64,000 nucleotides of DNA, from contig JAZOVP010000117.1 in the NCBI GenBank assembly GCA_045658765.1, positions 35,303 through 99,302 of the forward strand. Reading direction: 5' to 3'. Each line of letters starts with the position of its first letter. Within the stretch, counting starts at the first letter, position 1. This document shows, one piece after another, positions 9,171-18,467 of the stretch. The DNA is from Eubacteriales bacterium (GTDB lineage: Bacteria > Bacillota > Clostridia > Oscillospirales > SIG627). A model generated the notes under the pieces. It searched no databases, was not told where the DNA came from, and saw nothing but the letters and a program-made list of their open reading frames with translations. The translations under genes and the position numbers were made by a program.

Positions 9171-9242
9171 ATGAAGATTTTTGTGTGGAAATCGCCGCGG
9201 TTTTTAAGAGGGATTCTGAAAAAACTCTTTGGAGCAAAATAA
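9171..9242 (+). CDS. spoVM: stage V sporulation protein M (23 aa)
   Basis: MKIFVWKSPRFLRGILKKLFGAK aligns with the SpoVM amphipathic-helix pattern (B. subtilis MKFYTIKLPKFLGGIVRAML). Too short for the ORF track. AGGGGTG RBS, followed by a terminator. Confidence 0.7.
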   Translation: MKIFVWKSPRFLRGILKKLFGAK

Positions 9243-9245
9243 AAA

Positions 9246-9280
9246 ATGCGATAGGATTTTTCCTATCGCATTTATCTTTT
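9246..9280. terminator. bidirectional intrinsic terminator
   Basis: 11-bp stem atgcgatagga/tcctatcgcat with loop tttt. Lies between spoVM and convergent nadC. Confidence 0.8.
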
Positions 9281-10112
9281 AGAATTTGAATTTCAAGCTG
9301 ATGTCGAGCGCTTTCACGGAATGGGTGAGGGCGCCGATGGAAATCAGATCCACACCCGTTTCGGCAACGGCTCTTAAATCCTTTTCGCCCATATTGCCGC
9401 TTGCTTCGGTGATGGCTCTGCCTGCCACAATGCCAACTGCTTTTTTCATATCTTCATTCGACATATTATCGAGCATAATAATATCCGCGCCGGCATCGAG
9501 TGCTTCCTGAAGTTCTTCGAAGGTTTCGATTTCCACTTCGATCTTCAAGGTGTGGGGAATGTTTTCTTTTGCCATTTTCACAGCCGCGGTGATACCGCCT
9601 GCGGCGGCGATGTGATTATCTTTAATCAAAACCCCATCGGCAAGATTGAAGCGATGGTTGCTTCCGCCGCCAACGCGCACGGCATATTTTTCCAAAACGC
9701 GAAGGCCGGGGGTGGTTTTTCTGGTGTCGGCGATGCGGGCATTGGTGCCTTTGATCTGATCCACCGCTTCACGGGTGCGGGTGGCAATTCCCGACATGTG
9801 CTGCAAAAGATTGAGTGCCAAGCGTTCGCCCGTGAGAATACATCTTGCGTTTCCCGAAACTTTGGCGATCACATCGCCCTTTGCGATGGCATCACCGTCT
9901 TTCTTTTCCACTTTCAGTTCGATTTTGGGATCCACAAAATGGAATACCTTTTCCACCACTTCCATACCGCAAAGAATTCCGTTTTCTTTGGCAAGGAAGG
10001 TGCCGGTGATGGTTTTATCGGCGGGGATGGTGGAAAGGGTGGTGATATCGCCGGTGCCAATATCTTCTTTCAGGGATTTTTCAATCAGTTCGTTTAAATA
10101 CAGATCCAACAT
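9279..10112 (-). CDS. nadC: nicotinate-nucleotide diphosphorylase (carboxylating)
   Basis: 277 aa. Typical QPRTase sequence (DTRKTTPGLR, IMLDNM). Last gene of nadA-nadB-nadC. Confidence 0.9.
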   Translation of the reverse strand: MLDLYLNELIEKSLKEDIGTGDITTLSTIPADKTITGTFLAKENGILCGMEVVEKVFHFVDPKIELKVEKKDGDAIAKGDVIAKVSGNARCILTGERLALNLLQHMSGIATRTREAVDQIKGTNARIADTRKTTPGLRVLEKYAVRVGGGSNHRFNLADGVLIKDNHIAAAGGITAAVKMAKENIPHTLKIEVEIETFEELQEALDAGADIIMLDNMSNEDMKKAVGIVAGRAITEASGNMGEKDLRAVAETGVDLISIGALTHSVKALDISLKFKF

Positions 10113-10121
10113 AATTTCTCC

Positions 10122-11669
10122 TTATTCTTCGATGTAATGTGCGCCCTGGCTTTCCTTTCGCGCCACTGCGCCCTTTGCGATCTCCAATGCCACAACGGTC
10201 ATATTACACATTTCAGCGGTGGCGGGATCCTCGCAGGAAACCAGATCGTATTTTTCAAAGATTGCCTTAATTTTTTCAAGGCCGTATTGCATTTGCTCTT
10301 TTCTTCTCACCGGGCCAAAGGCATGGGAAAGTGCTTTTCTGAGCTTTTGCCGATCGGCGCGGAGTTCCGCGGGGGCAAGCTTGAGCGGAGTGCGATCAGG
10401 AAGATCTTTCGGAAAGGCGCCCGAGCGATCTCTTTTTTCGCGATCAATGGCATTGGCACAGCGTTTTCCGAAAACAAGACATTCGAGCATGGAATTGGAG
10501 GCAAGGCGATTGGCGCCGTGCACCCCTGTGCAGCTCACTTCACCGCAGGCAAAAAGCCCGGGAATACTGGTTTTGCCATCCAGATCCGTGGAAACGCCGC
10601 CCATAAAATAATGCTGAGCGGGATGAATGGGAATGAAATCTTTGGTAAGTTCCAGCCCCATTTCAGCGCATTTTGCGGAAATATTGGGGAAGCGGTTTTG
10701 GAAAAACTCGCTAGTCATATTCGAGCAGTCTAAAAAGGCGCGGTCTTCTCCGGTGCGGCGAAGCTCTGCTAAAATCCCGCGGGTAACAATATCGCGCGGG
10801 GCAAGAGATGCCATGGGGTGCTTATCTTTCATAAAATCTTCCCCTCTGCCGTTGCGAAGGATCGCTCCCTCTCCTCGCACCGCTTCCGAGATCAAAAAGA
10901 GCCGACCTTCGGTTTCGCCTGCGATGAGGGTGGTGGGGTGGAATTGCACCATTTCCATATTTTCAGGGCGCGCTCCTGCGCGGAAGGCGGCTGCCATTCC
11001 GTCGCCAACGGCACCTTTGGGATTGGTGGTATGGGTATAAAGCTGACCGATGCCGCCCGTTGCAAGGATCACATTGCGGGTGGCAAAGTAGTGATAACTG
11101 CGGCTTTTTTCATCATAAACCACCACTCCGCAAACGCCGTTTTCATCGGTGCAAATATCCAGCATCAGATGGCGGAAAAAGGGAGTGATATTTTCTTTGG
11201 TGAGCACAATCTCGCCAAGGCGCTTGGTGGTTTCTCTGCCGGTGGCATCTCCATCACAGTGCGCGATGCGGCGCAAACGGTGCCCGCCTTCGCGGCCCAA
11301 GATGAGTTTGCCCGATTCGTTGTAATCAAAGGGCACAGACCATTGCTCAAGGGTGTGGATCGCTTCGGGGCCTTCTTCCACGAGCACGCGCACCGCATCT
11401 TCTTTGCAAAGCCCTGCGCCTGCGGTGAGGGTATCTTCAATGTGAAGCTGAAAGCAATCTTCTTCTGTTAAAACAGCGGCGATTCCGCCTTGCGCTTGCC
11501 AAGAACTGGATTGATTGAGTTCGGTTTTGGTGAGCAGCGCCACGCGATCGGCGGGATCAAGATTGAGCGCGGCAAAAAGACCTGCCACACCGCTTCCAAC
11601 CACCACAACATCAAAATCTTCTCGGGGGAGAGAGGAAAAATCCTTCCCCGGATATAAATATCTACGCAT
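10122..11669 (-). CDS. nadB: L-aspartate oxidase
   Basis: 515 aa. DVVVVGSGVAGL FAD motif and a succinate dehydrogenase/fumarate reductase-like flavoprotein body. Confidence 0.9.
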   Translation of the reverse strand: MRRYLYPGKDFSSLPREDFDVVVVGSGVAGLFAALNLDPADRVALLTKTELNQSSSWQAQGGIAAVLTEEDCFQLHIEDTLTAGAGLCKEDAVRVLVEEGPEAIHTLEQWSVPFDYNESGKLILGREGGHRLRRIAHCDGDATGRETTKRLGEIVLTKENITPFFRHLMLDICTDENGVCGVVVYDEKSRSYHYFATRNVILATGGIGQLYTHTTNPKGAVGDGMAAAFRAGARPENMEMVQFHPTTLIAGETEGRLFLISEAVRGEGAILRNGRGEDFMKDKHPMASLAPRDIVTRGILAELRRTGEDRAFLDCSNMTSEFFQNRFPNISAKCAEMGLELTKDFIPIHPAQHYFMGGVSTDLDGKTSIPGLFACGEVSCTGVHGANRLASNSMLECLVFGKRCANAIDREKRDRSGAFPKDLPDRTPLKLAPAELRADRQKLRKALSHAFGPVRRKEQMQYGLEKIKAIFEKYDLVSCEDPATAEMCNMTVVALEIAKGAVARKESQGAHYIEE

Positions 11670-11680
11670 AAAAACCTCGT

Positions 11681-12574
11681 TTATACTCGGATCATTTTCT
11701 CCAGAGCAAGTTTTGCCTTTTCAAGAGTGGATTCGGAAAGGATGATTTCATTTTCTTCCGTTTCCAGTGCACGGCAAAGTGCCTCGAGGGTGTTTTTCTT
11801 CATATCAAGGCAATCAAAATCTTCTTTTGCTTCAAAGAAATTCTTTTCGGGCATTTCTTTTTTCAGAGCGCGCACGATTTCATTTTCCGTGCCGATGATA
11901 AATTCCTTTGCCTCGCTTTCGCGGCAGAAGGAAAGGATGCCCGTGGTGGAGCCAACAAAATCTGCAATTTCGCTCGTGCCTTTTCCGCATTCGGGATGCG
12001 CGGCAACAAGCGCATTCGGATGATTTTCTTTTGCTTTCTTTAAATCTTCTGCGGTGCAGGCATTATGAATGGGGCAGTAGCCCTCAATGAAATGAAAGGT
12101 TTTTTCGGGGAACTGCTTTGCCACATAAGCGCCCAGATTGCGATCGGGCACGAAAATAATTTCGTTTTCCGAAAGCGAGCCCGCCACTTTCACGGCATTG
12201 GAGGAGGTGCAGCAGATGGTGCTTTCCGCCTTCACTTCCGCCGAGGAATTCACATAGCAGATCACCGCGGCTTCGGGGTATTTTGCTTTCAGTGCGCAAA
12301 GCGCTTCTTTTTCGATCATATCCGCCATGGGGCATCCTGCATCGGCAACGGGCAGGAGCACCTTCTTTTGGGGATTTAAAATCTTGGCAGATTCTGCCAT
12401 AAAGCGCACTCCGCAAAAAACAATCATTTCTTCTTTTGCTTCGGCCGCCTTGCGGGAAAGCTCCAAGCTATCGCCCACAAAATCCGCCACTTCCCAAATT
12501 TCAAGGGGAGCGTAGTAATGGGCAAGCACAAGAGCGTTTTTCTCTTTTTTTAATTGTTTGATTCTTTCAATCAT
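11681..12574 (-). CDS. nadA: quinolinate synthase
   Basis: 297 aa. LAHYY...DFVGDSL near the N-terminus, three-domain repeat, conserved Cys residues. Confidence 0.9.
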   Translation of the reverse strand: MIERIKQLKKEKNALVLAHYYAPLEIWEVADFVGDSLELSRKAAEAKEEMIVFCGVRFMAESAKILNPQKKVLLPVADAGCPMADMIEKEALCALKAKYPEAAVICYVNSSAEVKAESTICCTSSNAVKVAGSLSENEIIFVPDRNLGAYVAKQFPEKTFHFIEGYCPIHNACTAEDLKKAKENHPNALVAAHPECGKGTSEIADFVGSTTGILSFCRESEAKEFIIGTENEIVRALKKEMPEKNFFEAKEDFDCLDMKKNTLEALCRALETEENEIILSESTLEKAKLALEKMIRV

Positions 12575-12586
12575 ATCAAATTTCCT

Positions 12587-14035
12587 TTAATAAGCGATGC
12601 CCCAAAGCACCATGTGCTCTGCTTTTTTGCCACAGCAAACGCAGGTTCCTTCCAGATTTTCCTGCTGATCCAAAGGCATACAACGGCTTCCAACGCCGGT
12701 TACTTCCTTCACCTTATCTTCGCATTCCTCGCTTCCGCACCAAAGAGCGCGCACAAAGCCAGGGCCGTTTGCGGCAAGGGAAGCGGAGATTTCCTCGAGG
12801 GAGGTGCAGGTATAGGTTTTCTTTTCGCGGTTTGCGAGTGCTTTTTCGTAAAGACCGGTGTTCACATCTTCAAGCGCCTTTTTGGTTTCTTCGAGAAGGT
12901 TTTCGATTTTCACCACTCTCTTTTCGCCGTTATGGCGCAAACAAAGCACGCATTCGCCGTTTTCAATATCTCTCGGGCCGATTTCGATGCGAACGGGCAC
13001 ACCCTTCATTTCGTATTCGGCAAATTTCCATCCGGGGGAATTGTCGCTATCGTCCATCTTCACTCTCACTTCGCCCTTGAGCATTTCACGAAGCTCGGCG
13101 GCTTTTTCGAGAACGCCCGCTTTGTGCTGGGCAATGGGAACGATGATCGCCTGAATGGGAGCCACCTTCGGCGGGAGAACAAGGCCTTTGTTGTCGCCGT
13201 GGGTCATGATGATTGCGCCGATCAAACGGGTGGTAACACCCCAAGAGGTTTGATGGGGGAATTCTTTTTTGTTTTCACGGGAGGTGAATTCAATATCAAA
13301 TGCTCTGGCAAAGCCGTCGCCGAAATAGTGGCTGGTGCCTGCTTGGAGCGCCTTGCCGTCGTGCATGAGGGCTTCGATGGCATAGGTGGATTCGGCTCCT
13401 GCGAATTTATCGGATTCGGTTTTCTTGCCCTTCACCACGGGAATGGCAAGATCCTTTTCACAAAAATCGGCATAAATGCCGAGCATCTTTTCGGTTTCCA
13501 GAATGGCTTCTTCTGCGGTTTCGTGGATGGTATGACCTTCCTGCCAAAGGAATTCTCTGCTGCGAAGGAAGGGACGGGTGGTTTTTTCCCAACGCACCAC
13601 GCTTACCCACTGATTATAGAGTTTGGGCAGATCGCGATAGGAGTGGATGATATTGGAATAGTGTTCGCAGAAAAGGGTTTCGGAAGTGGGGCGCACGCAA
13701 AGGCGATCTTCCAGCTCTTCCGAGCCGCCATGGGTTACCCAAGCCACTTCGGGAGCAAAGCCCTCCACGTGATCCTTTTCTTTTTGCAGAAGGGATTCGG
13801 GGATAAACATCGGCATACACACATTTTCGTGGCCGGTGGCTTTAAAATATCCGTCGAGAAGGCCTTGGATATGCTCCCAAATGGCATAGCCATAGGGGCG
13901 GATAACCATACATCCTTTCACACTGGTGTATTCCACGAGTTCTGCTTTTTTGCAAATATCGGTATACCATTTTGCAAAATCCACATCCATCGGGGTAATT
14001 TCATCCAAAAGTCCGTTTTTTTCTTTGTTTGCCAT
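12587..14035 (-). CDS. proS: proline--tRNA ligase (short, archaeal/eukaryote-like type)
   Basis: 482 aa with class II motifs and a C-terminal Zn-binding CxxC...CxxC. Ends WGIAY. GAAAGGA RBS. Confidence 0.95.
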   Translation of the reverse strand: MANKEKNGLLDEITPMDVDFAKWYTDICKKAELVEYTSVKGCMVIRPYGYAIWEHIQGLLDGYFKATGHENVCMPMFIPESLLQKEKDHVEGFAPEVAWVTHGGSEELEDRLCVRPTSETLFCEHYSNIIHSYRDLPKLYNQWVSVVRWEKTTRPFLRSREFLWQEGHTIHETAEEAILETEKMLGIYADFCEKDLAIPVVKGKKTESDKFAGAESTYAIEALMHDGKALQAGTSHYFGDGFARAFDIEFTSRENKKEFPHQTSWGVTTRLIGAIIMTHGDNKGLVLPPKVAPIQAIIVPIAQHKAGVLEKAAELREMLKGEVRVKMDDSDNSPGWKFAEYEMKGVPVRIEIGPRDIENGECVLCLRHNGEKRVVKIENLLEETKKALEDVNTGLYEKALANREKKTYTCTSLEEISASLAANGPGFVRALWCGSEECEDKVKEVTGVGSRCMPLDQQENLEGTCVCCGKKAEHMVLWGIAY

Positions 14036-14068
14036 AATGATTTTGATCCTTTCGCTTATCGTTATCTC

Positions 14069-14743
14069 TTAGAATGGGGTCATATCGGAAAGAAAAACCG
14101 CTTTTCTTAAAATTCGTTTTTCTTCTGTTTTGAGTTCGGGGATTCTGTTTGCCAAAACTTCCAGCACCGTTTCGGGCTTTAAGTAATTCTCGCCCGAGGC
14201 GGCAAGCACCGCTTCGAGGAAAAGGGCACCGTTTTTCTCGGAGAAGGAAAGGGAATGAATTCCGCCCGAGATTTCTTTTTGCACCCATTTCCCCTTTTTA
14301 TTTTTCTTTTCGATCACAATTTCGCCTTCGAGGGCTTTTTTTGCGCTCTCGGCAAAATTCGGATCGGCTTTGGGAAGCAGGATTTCATAAGAAGCAAAGG
14401 CAATTTCCGAAAATTTTACGGTTTGCTCTTCGATCTTTATGATTTCAATTCCTTTTGGGAGCCGTTCCTGCAAAATTTGCTTTAAGGATTCTTTTCCGAT
14501 TTCAAAGCCCGCTTTCAGGGTGAAATCTGCAATTTCCGTTTCGCTTTCGGTGCCCACGGAAAGGGGCAGCGCGAGCGAGAATTTGGGATGCGGGGAAAAG
14601 CCCTCGCTGAATTTTAATGGGATGCCCGCCCGAATGAAAGCGCGATGAAAGGCGCGGCTTAAATCCAGATGGGAAATAAAACGGATGGGCCCTGTTTTGC
14701 GAAAACGGCATCGCAGGGAAAGAGGGATAAGTTCTGTTGTCAT
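14069..14743 (-). CDS. DUF2344 / radical-SAM-linked family protein (TIGR03936-like)
   Basis: LRCRFRKTGPIRFISHLDLSRAFHRAFIRAGIPLKFSEGFSPHPKFS is the family signature as I recall it. The ATG at 14743 overlaps the upstream stop as ATGA. The tracked 332-aa ORF is an artefactual 5' extension. Confidence 0.75.
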   Translation of the reverse strand: MTTELIPLSLRCRFRKTGPIRFISHLDLSRAFHRAFIRAGIPLKFSEGFSPHPKFSLALPLSVGTESETEIADFTLKAGFEIGKESLKQILQERLPKGIEIIKIEEQTVKFSEIAFASYEILLPKADPNFAESAKKALEGEIVIEKKNKKGKWVQKEISGGIHSLSFSEKNGALFLEAVLAASGENYLKPETVLEVLANRIPELKTEEKRILRKAVFLSDMTPF

Positions 14744-15978
14744 AATGCCTCCTGAGAGATGCTCCGACCGGCAAGGTGGCCGGTGGAAAAGGCGATTTGA
14801 AGATTGAATCCCCCCGTGAGGGCATCGGCATCGATCACTTCGCCTGCAAAGAAAAGACCGGGCTGAAGGCGGGATTCCATGCTGCGGGGGTTGATTTCGG
14901 AAAGTGCCACGCCGCCTCGGGTGATGATGGCTTCTTCGATGGGGCGGGTGCCTGTGAGGGTGAGGGGAAATTTTTTGAGGGTTTGCACCAAGGCAAGCCG
15001 CTCTTCTTTGGAAATCAAATTCACTTTCTTGCGCTCGTTGAGGTTTGCCGCTTTGATTACGGGACAAATGAGCTTTTGCGGCAAGAGCAGCGAGAGGGAA
15101 TTGATCAGATCGCGGTTTCTGTTTTTATCAAAATCGGAAAGCACTCTTTTATCGAGCGCCTCGTGGGAAAGGGCGGGCTTTAAATCGAGAAATGCACGGT
15201 AGCATTTCTCTTTTTCAAAATCAAGGTGCGAGGATGCCGATAGAATCATGGGCCCCGAAACCCCAAAATGGCAAAAGAGCATTTCGCCGAAATCTTCATA
15301 GATTTTTTTGCCGCTTTCGGTTTCCACGGTGAGGGCGCAGTTTTTCAGAGAAAGCCCCATTGCATCTTTGCAGAAGGATTCTTTTGCAAGCAGGGGGCAA
15401 AGCGCGGGCTTCGGCGGCTCGATTGTATGCCCAAGCTCGCGGGCGAAGCGATAGCCGTCGCCGGTGGAGCCGGTGAGGGGATAGCTTTTGCCGCCGGTGG
15501 CGATGAGCACCCGATCGAATTCTTCCGTGGCGCGCGCGGTTTGAATCAGAAAAACGGAATCTTTTTTTGAAAGGGAAAGCACTTCTTCTTTTTTCAAAGT
15601 AAGATTTGGATTTTGAAGGGCTTTTTTTGAAAGAAGATTCACGATGTCTTTGGCTTTATCGGAAACGGGGAATACTCTGCCGCCGCGTTCGGTTTTGAGG
15701 GGAACTCCGTTTTGCTCAAAAAAATCTGCGGTATCGCTTGAGGTGAAGGCATAGAGCGCGGTGCGAAGGAATTTTGCGCCGCGGGGAATGAATTCTTCCA
15801 TTTCCCGCACACCGGCAATGTTGGTAACATTGCAGCGCCCCTTTCCCGTGATGCCGATCTTTTTGCCGAGATAGGGATTTTTTTCGAAGAGGGTGATGCG
15901 GTTTTGCGGCATTTCGCTTGCGCTGATTGCCGCCATCAGCCCTGCGGCACCGCCGCCGATGATCGCGATTCTGATCAA
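14740..15978 (-). CDS. NAD(P)/FAD-dependent oxidoreductase, HI0933/BaiN-like
   Basis: 412 aa. MIRIAIIGGGAAGLMAA and GKGRCNVTN motifs. TTG start with an AAGGACGGA RBS. Confidence 0.85.
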   Translation of the reverse strand: MIRIAIIGGGAAGLMAAISASEMPQNRITLFEKNPYLGKKIGITGKGRCNVTNIAGVREMEEFIPRGAKFLRTALYAFTSSDTADFFEQNGVPLKTERGGRVFPVSDKAKDIVNLLSKKALQNPNLTLKKEEVLSLSKKDSVFLIQTARATEEFDRVLIATGGKSYPLTGSTGDGYRFARELGHTIEPPKPALCPLLAKESFCKDAMGLSLKNCALTVETESGKKIYEDFGEMLFCHFGVSGPMILSASSHLDFEKEKCYRAFLDLKPALSHEALDKRVLSDFDKNRNRDLINSLSLLLPQKLICPVIKAANLNERKKVNLISKEERLALVQTLKKFPLTLTGTRPIEEAIITRGGVALSEINPRSMESRLQPGLFFAGEVIDADALTGGFNLQIAFSTGHLAGRSISQEAL

Positions 15979-16010
15979 AGCATTTCCGTCCTTGTATAAA
16001 ATATCACTTT

Positions 16011-16039
16011 ATTTTACCTTAAATTGAATGGTATTGCAA
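16011..16039 (-). promoter_or_regulatory. candidate sigma-A promoter for the flavoprotein-DUF2344-proS-nadABC run
   Basis: Minus strand reads TTGCAA, 17 nt, TAAAAT. Confidence 0.4.
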
Positions 16040-16078
16040 GGAATTTTCGCAATTTTCTGTGAAAAATCCCTTGAATTC

Positions 16079-16107
16079 TTGACTTGTTTTCGGAAGGTGA
16101 GTATAAT
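16079..16107 (+). promoter_or_regulatory. sigma-A promoter
   Basis: TTGACT, 17 nt, TATAAT. Lies 38 nt upstream of the HPr-like gene. Confidence 0.65.
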
Positions 16108-16144
16108 ATGGGTAAATGAAAAATGTTTGTAAGGAGAGAAAAGA

Positions 16145-16375
16145 ATGAAAGTATACGATATTCGCCTTTCTACCATCGAAGATGTTCGCAATTTTGTGAA
16201 TGCGGTAACCGCTTGTGAATACGATGTGGATCTTGCCAGCGGCAGATACATTGTGGATGCAAAATCCATCATGGGCATTTTTTCGCTGGATCTTCTGAAT
16301 CCCATCCGCATGACCGTTCACGCAGATGAATGCGAAGCATTTGAAAAGAAAATCGAATCTTTTCTTGTGAAATAA
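16145..16375 (+). CDS. HPr-family phosphocarrier-like protein
   Basis: 76 aa. ...DVDLASGRYIVDAKSIMGIFSLDL... fits the HPr-like fold pattern. AAGGAGAG RBS. Confidence 0.7.
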   Translation: MKVYDIRLSTIEDVRNFVNAVTACEYDVDLASGRYIVDAKSIMGIFSLDLLNPIRMTVHADECEAFEKKIESFLVK

Positions 16376-16385
16376 GAAGTTTTTT

Positions 16386-17276
16386 ATGGCAAAGAAGATA
16401 CTTCTCCTTGTGAATCCCGTTTCCGGCAAAACTGCCGCGAAAACTCATCTTCTGGGGATTGTGAAGGAATTTTGTGATGCGGGCCATTCGGTTACGGTTC
16501 ATATCACTCAAAGAAGAGCCGATGCCACCGCCAAGGTGATTGAAGAGGGATTTTCTTATGATATCATTGTGGCTTGCGGGGGCGACGGCACATTCAACGA
16601 AGTGGTAACGGGCGCAGTCCGTTCTCAGTTTGAGGGGGCGCTGGGCTTTTTGCCTTGCGGAACCACAAACGATTTGGCAAGCACCCTCTCACTTCCGAAA
16701 AAGCTGGTGCAGGCAGGGGCTCTGATTGCCAATAGCGAACCGAAAGAACTTGATATCGGCTCGTTTAACCGAACTCGGTATTTCACCTATATTGCCACGT
16801 TCGGCGCCTTTACCGATGTGGCGTATTCCACCGATCAAAAGCTCAAAAATGTGCTTGGGCACGCCGCTTATGTAACCGAAGCGATCGGCCGACTTGTGGA
16901 TTTGAGAAGCTATCGGGTGCGCGTGGATTGCGACGGCGAAATTTATGAAGATGATTTTCTTTTTGGCGCCGCCGCCAATTCGTTTTCCATCGGCGGGGTG
17001 ATGAAGCTGAAAAAAGATCAGGTTTCCCTCAACGACGGTTATCACGATGTGCTTTTGATCCGAAATCCGAAAAACGCGATCGATCTTGCCAATCTTTCCA
17101 AAGAATTGCTTTCGGGAAATTTCACCAATAAATCGGTGCTCTTTTTCCACGGAAAGAAGATCACTTTTGATTCCGAGGAAGAAATTCCTTGGTGTGTGGA
17201 CGGCGAATTCGCCGGCAACCATTCCCATGCGGTGGTGCGCAATCTTCAAAATCGCATCCGCATTTTTTATCCTTAA
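16386..17276 (+). CDS. diacylglycerol kinase family lipid kinase (YegS/DagK-like)
   Basis: 296 aa. LLVNPVSGK...ACGGDGTFNEV...LPCGTTNDLA motifs. Confidence 0.85.
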   Translation: MAKKILLLVNPVSGKTAAKTHLLGIVKEFCDAGHSVTVHITQRRADATAKVIEEGFSYDIIVACGGDGTFNEVVTGAVRSQFEGALGFLPCGTTNDLASTLSLPKKLVQAGALIANSEPKELDIGSFNRTRYFTYIATFGAFTDVAYSTDQKLKNVLGHAAYVTEAIGRLVDLRSYRVRVDCDGEIYEDDFLFGAAANSFSIGGVMKLKKDQVSLNDGYHDVLLIRNPKNAIDLANLSKELLSGNFTNKSVLFFHGKKITFDSEEEIPWCVDGEFAGNHSHAVVRNLQNRIRIFYP

Positions 17277-17281
17277 AAAAG

Positions 17282-17317
17282 AAGCAACCCCGGCTTTTGC
17301 CGAGGTTGCTTTTTTTA
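17282..17317. terminator. bidirectional intrinsic terminator
   Basis: 12-bp stem aagcaaccccgg/ccgaggttgctt with one mismatch, followed by a T-run. Lies between convergent genes. Confidence 0.75.
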
Positions 17318-18451
17318 TAGCGTTTCCAGCACATCGAGAACTTGGAAAAGTTCTTTTTTTGTGGTAAAAAAGCTTGGGGAAAAGCGAACGCCGCCGCTCT
17401 CTTCCGTGCCCAAAAAGCGGTGTGCAAGCGGGGCGCAGTGAAAGCCCGCCCGAACACAGATATTTTTTTGGGAAAGAGCATGGGCAATCTCTTCCGAAGC
17501 AATTCCGATTTTATTGGCAAGCAGAGGCCCGTCGGCAAATTCCGGATCATAAACTTTCCATCCGGGAATCGATCGGATTCCCTCGATCAGAATTTTTTTC
17601 ATTTCCCGCTCTTTTTGGGTGATGGGAAAAAGCCCCTGCGAGAAAATGAATTCGGCACCTGCCGCCATGGATGCAATCGCGGGAACGGGAAGCGTGCCCG
17701 CTTCGAAGCGCTCGGGAAGATATTCCGGCATTTTTCCTGAAAAGGAATCGGTGCCGCTTCCGCCGGAAATGATCGGCTCGGGCAGAAAGGGGCAATCGTC
17801 GCTGAAAGCCATCACCCCTGCTCCCATGATTCCGAAAAGTCCTTTATGAGAAGGGGCGCAAAGAATATGGGCGCCTGTTTCGGCAAAGGTGGAGCCCGCG
17901 CTTCCCGCGCTTTGCGCCGCATCGCCGATGATGAGGGTGCCGAAGGGCTTTAAAAGGGTGGAAATGGATTTCGTGGCAAAATTTCTTCCCGTGATATTGC
18001 TTCGGCAGGTTAAAACCAAAATCGCCGGCGGCGGAGAGCAAAGCTGATCTGCAGATAAATTCCCGTTTGCATCGGGAGATAGGATTTTCAAATCAATTTT
18101 TCCTTGTCGCCAAAGAAAATAAAGAGGTCGCAAAACCGCATTGTGCTCGAAAACGCTGGTTACCACGAGGGGTTTTGCATTTTTTTTGGAAATGGCCTCG
18201 ACTGCGCCTAATATTGCAAGGTTTAAAGCGATGGTGGCACCGCCGCAAAAAACGATATTTTCGCTTTTTTTCGTGCCGAAAAGCCGAGCGAGGTTTTCTC
18301 TTGCTGCAAACACGATTTCGGCGGAATTTTGACTAAACAGATGCCCGCTTCTACCGGGATTTCCCAGCTCTCCGCCGATTGCGGAAAGGGTTTTTCGGAA
18401 AACAAAATCGGGCTTTGGCCAGCTTGTGGCGGCATTATCGAGATAAATCAC
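17315..18451 (-). CDS. class V aminotransferase-fold PLP enzyme (cysteine desulfurase family)
   Basis: 378 aa. IYLDNAATSWPKP N-terminus and SHKGL (PLP lysine). GTG start with an AAGGAG RBS. Confidence 0.8.
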   Translation of the reverse strand: MIYLDNAATSWPKPDFVFRKTLSAIGGELGNPGRSGHLFSQNSAEIVFAARENLARLFGTKKSENIVFCGGATIALNLAILGAVEAISKKNAKPLVVTSVFEHNAVLRPLYFLWRQGKIDLKILSPDANGNLSADQLCSPPPAILVLTCRSNITGRNFATKSISTLLKPFGTLIIGDAAQSAGSAGSTFAETGAHILCAPSHKGLFGIMGAGVMAFSDDCPFLPEPIISGGSGTDSFSGKMPEYLPERFEAGTLPVPAIASMAAGAEFIFSQGLFPITQKEREMKKILIEGIRSIPGWKVYDPEFADGPLLANKIGIASEEIAHALSQKNICVRAGFHCAPLAHRFLGTEESGGVRFSPSFFTTKKELFQVLDVLETL

Positions 18452-18467
18452 CGGGGTTTCTCCTTTT

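Noticed and set aside
14036-14068. Expected T-box leader upstream of proS
   Set aside because: The gap is only 33 nt and contains just an RBS. No specifier or antiterminator elements are possible.
12554-14110. 518-aa ORF on the plus strand
   Set aside because: It is entirely antisense to proS, which has unmistakable class II synthetase motifs. The translation is low-complexity (F/G/H-rich) and there is no RBS. It is a shadow ORF caused by codon bias that avoids TTA/CTA/TCA on the sense strand.
14744-15067. 5' extension of the DUF2344 ORF (the tracked 332-aa version)
   Set aside because: The extension lies inside the flavoprotein gene in another frame and translates to P/R/H-rich junk. The ATG at 14743 gives the family-typical N-terminus and an ATGA overlap. 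Similar artefactual extensions were trimmed at 2929, 4756, 8936, 18680, 18880, 25898, 30282, 32091, 32153, 33575, 34747, 35320, 41305, 41485, 43306, 45178, 50866, 53243, 55975, 56424, 57374 and 62008.
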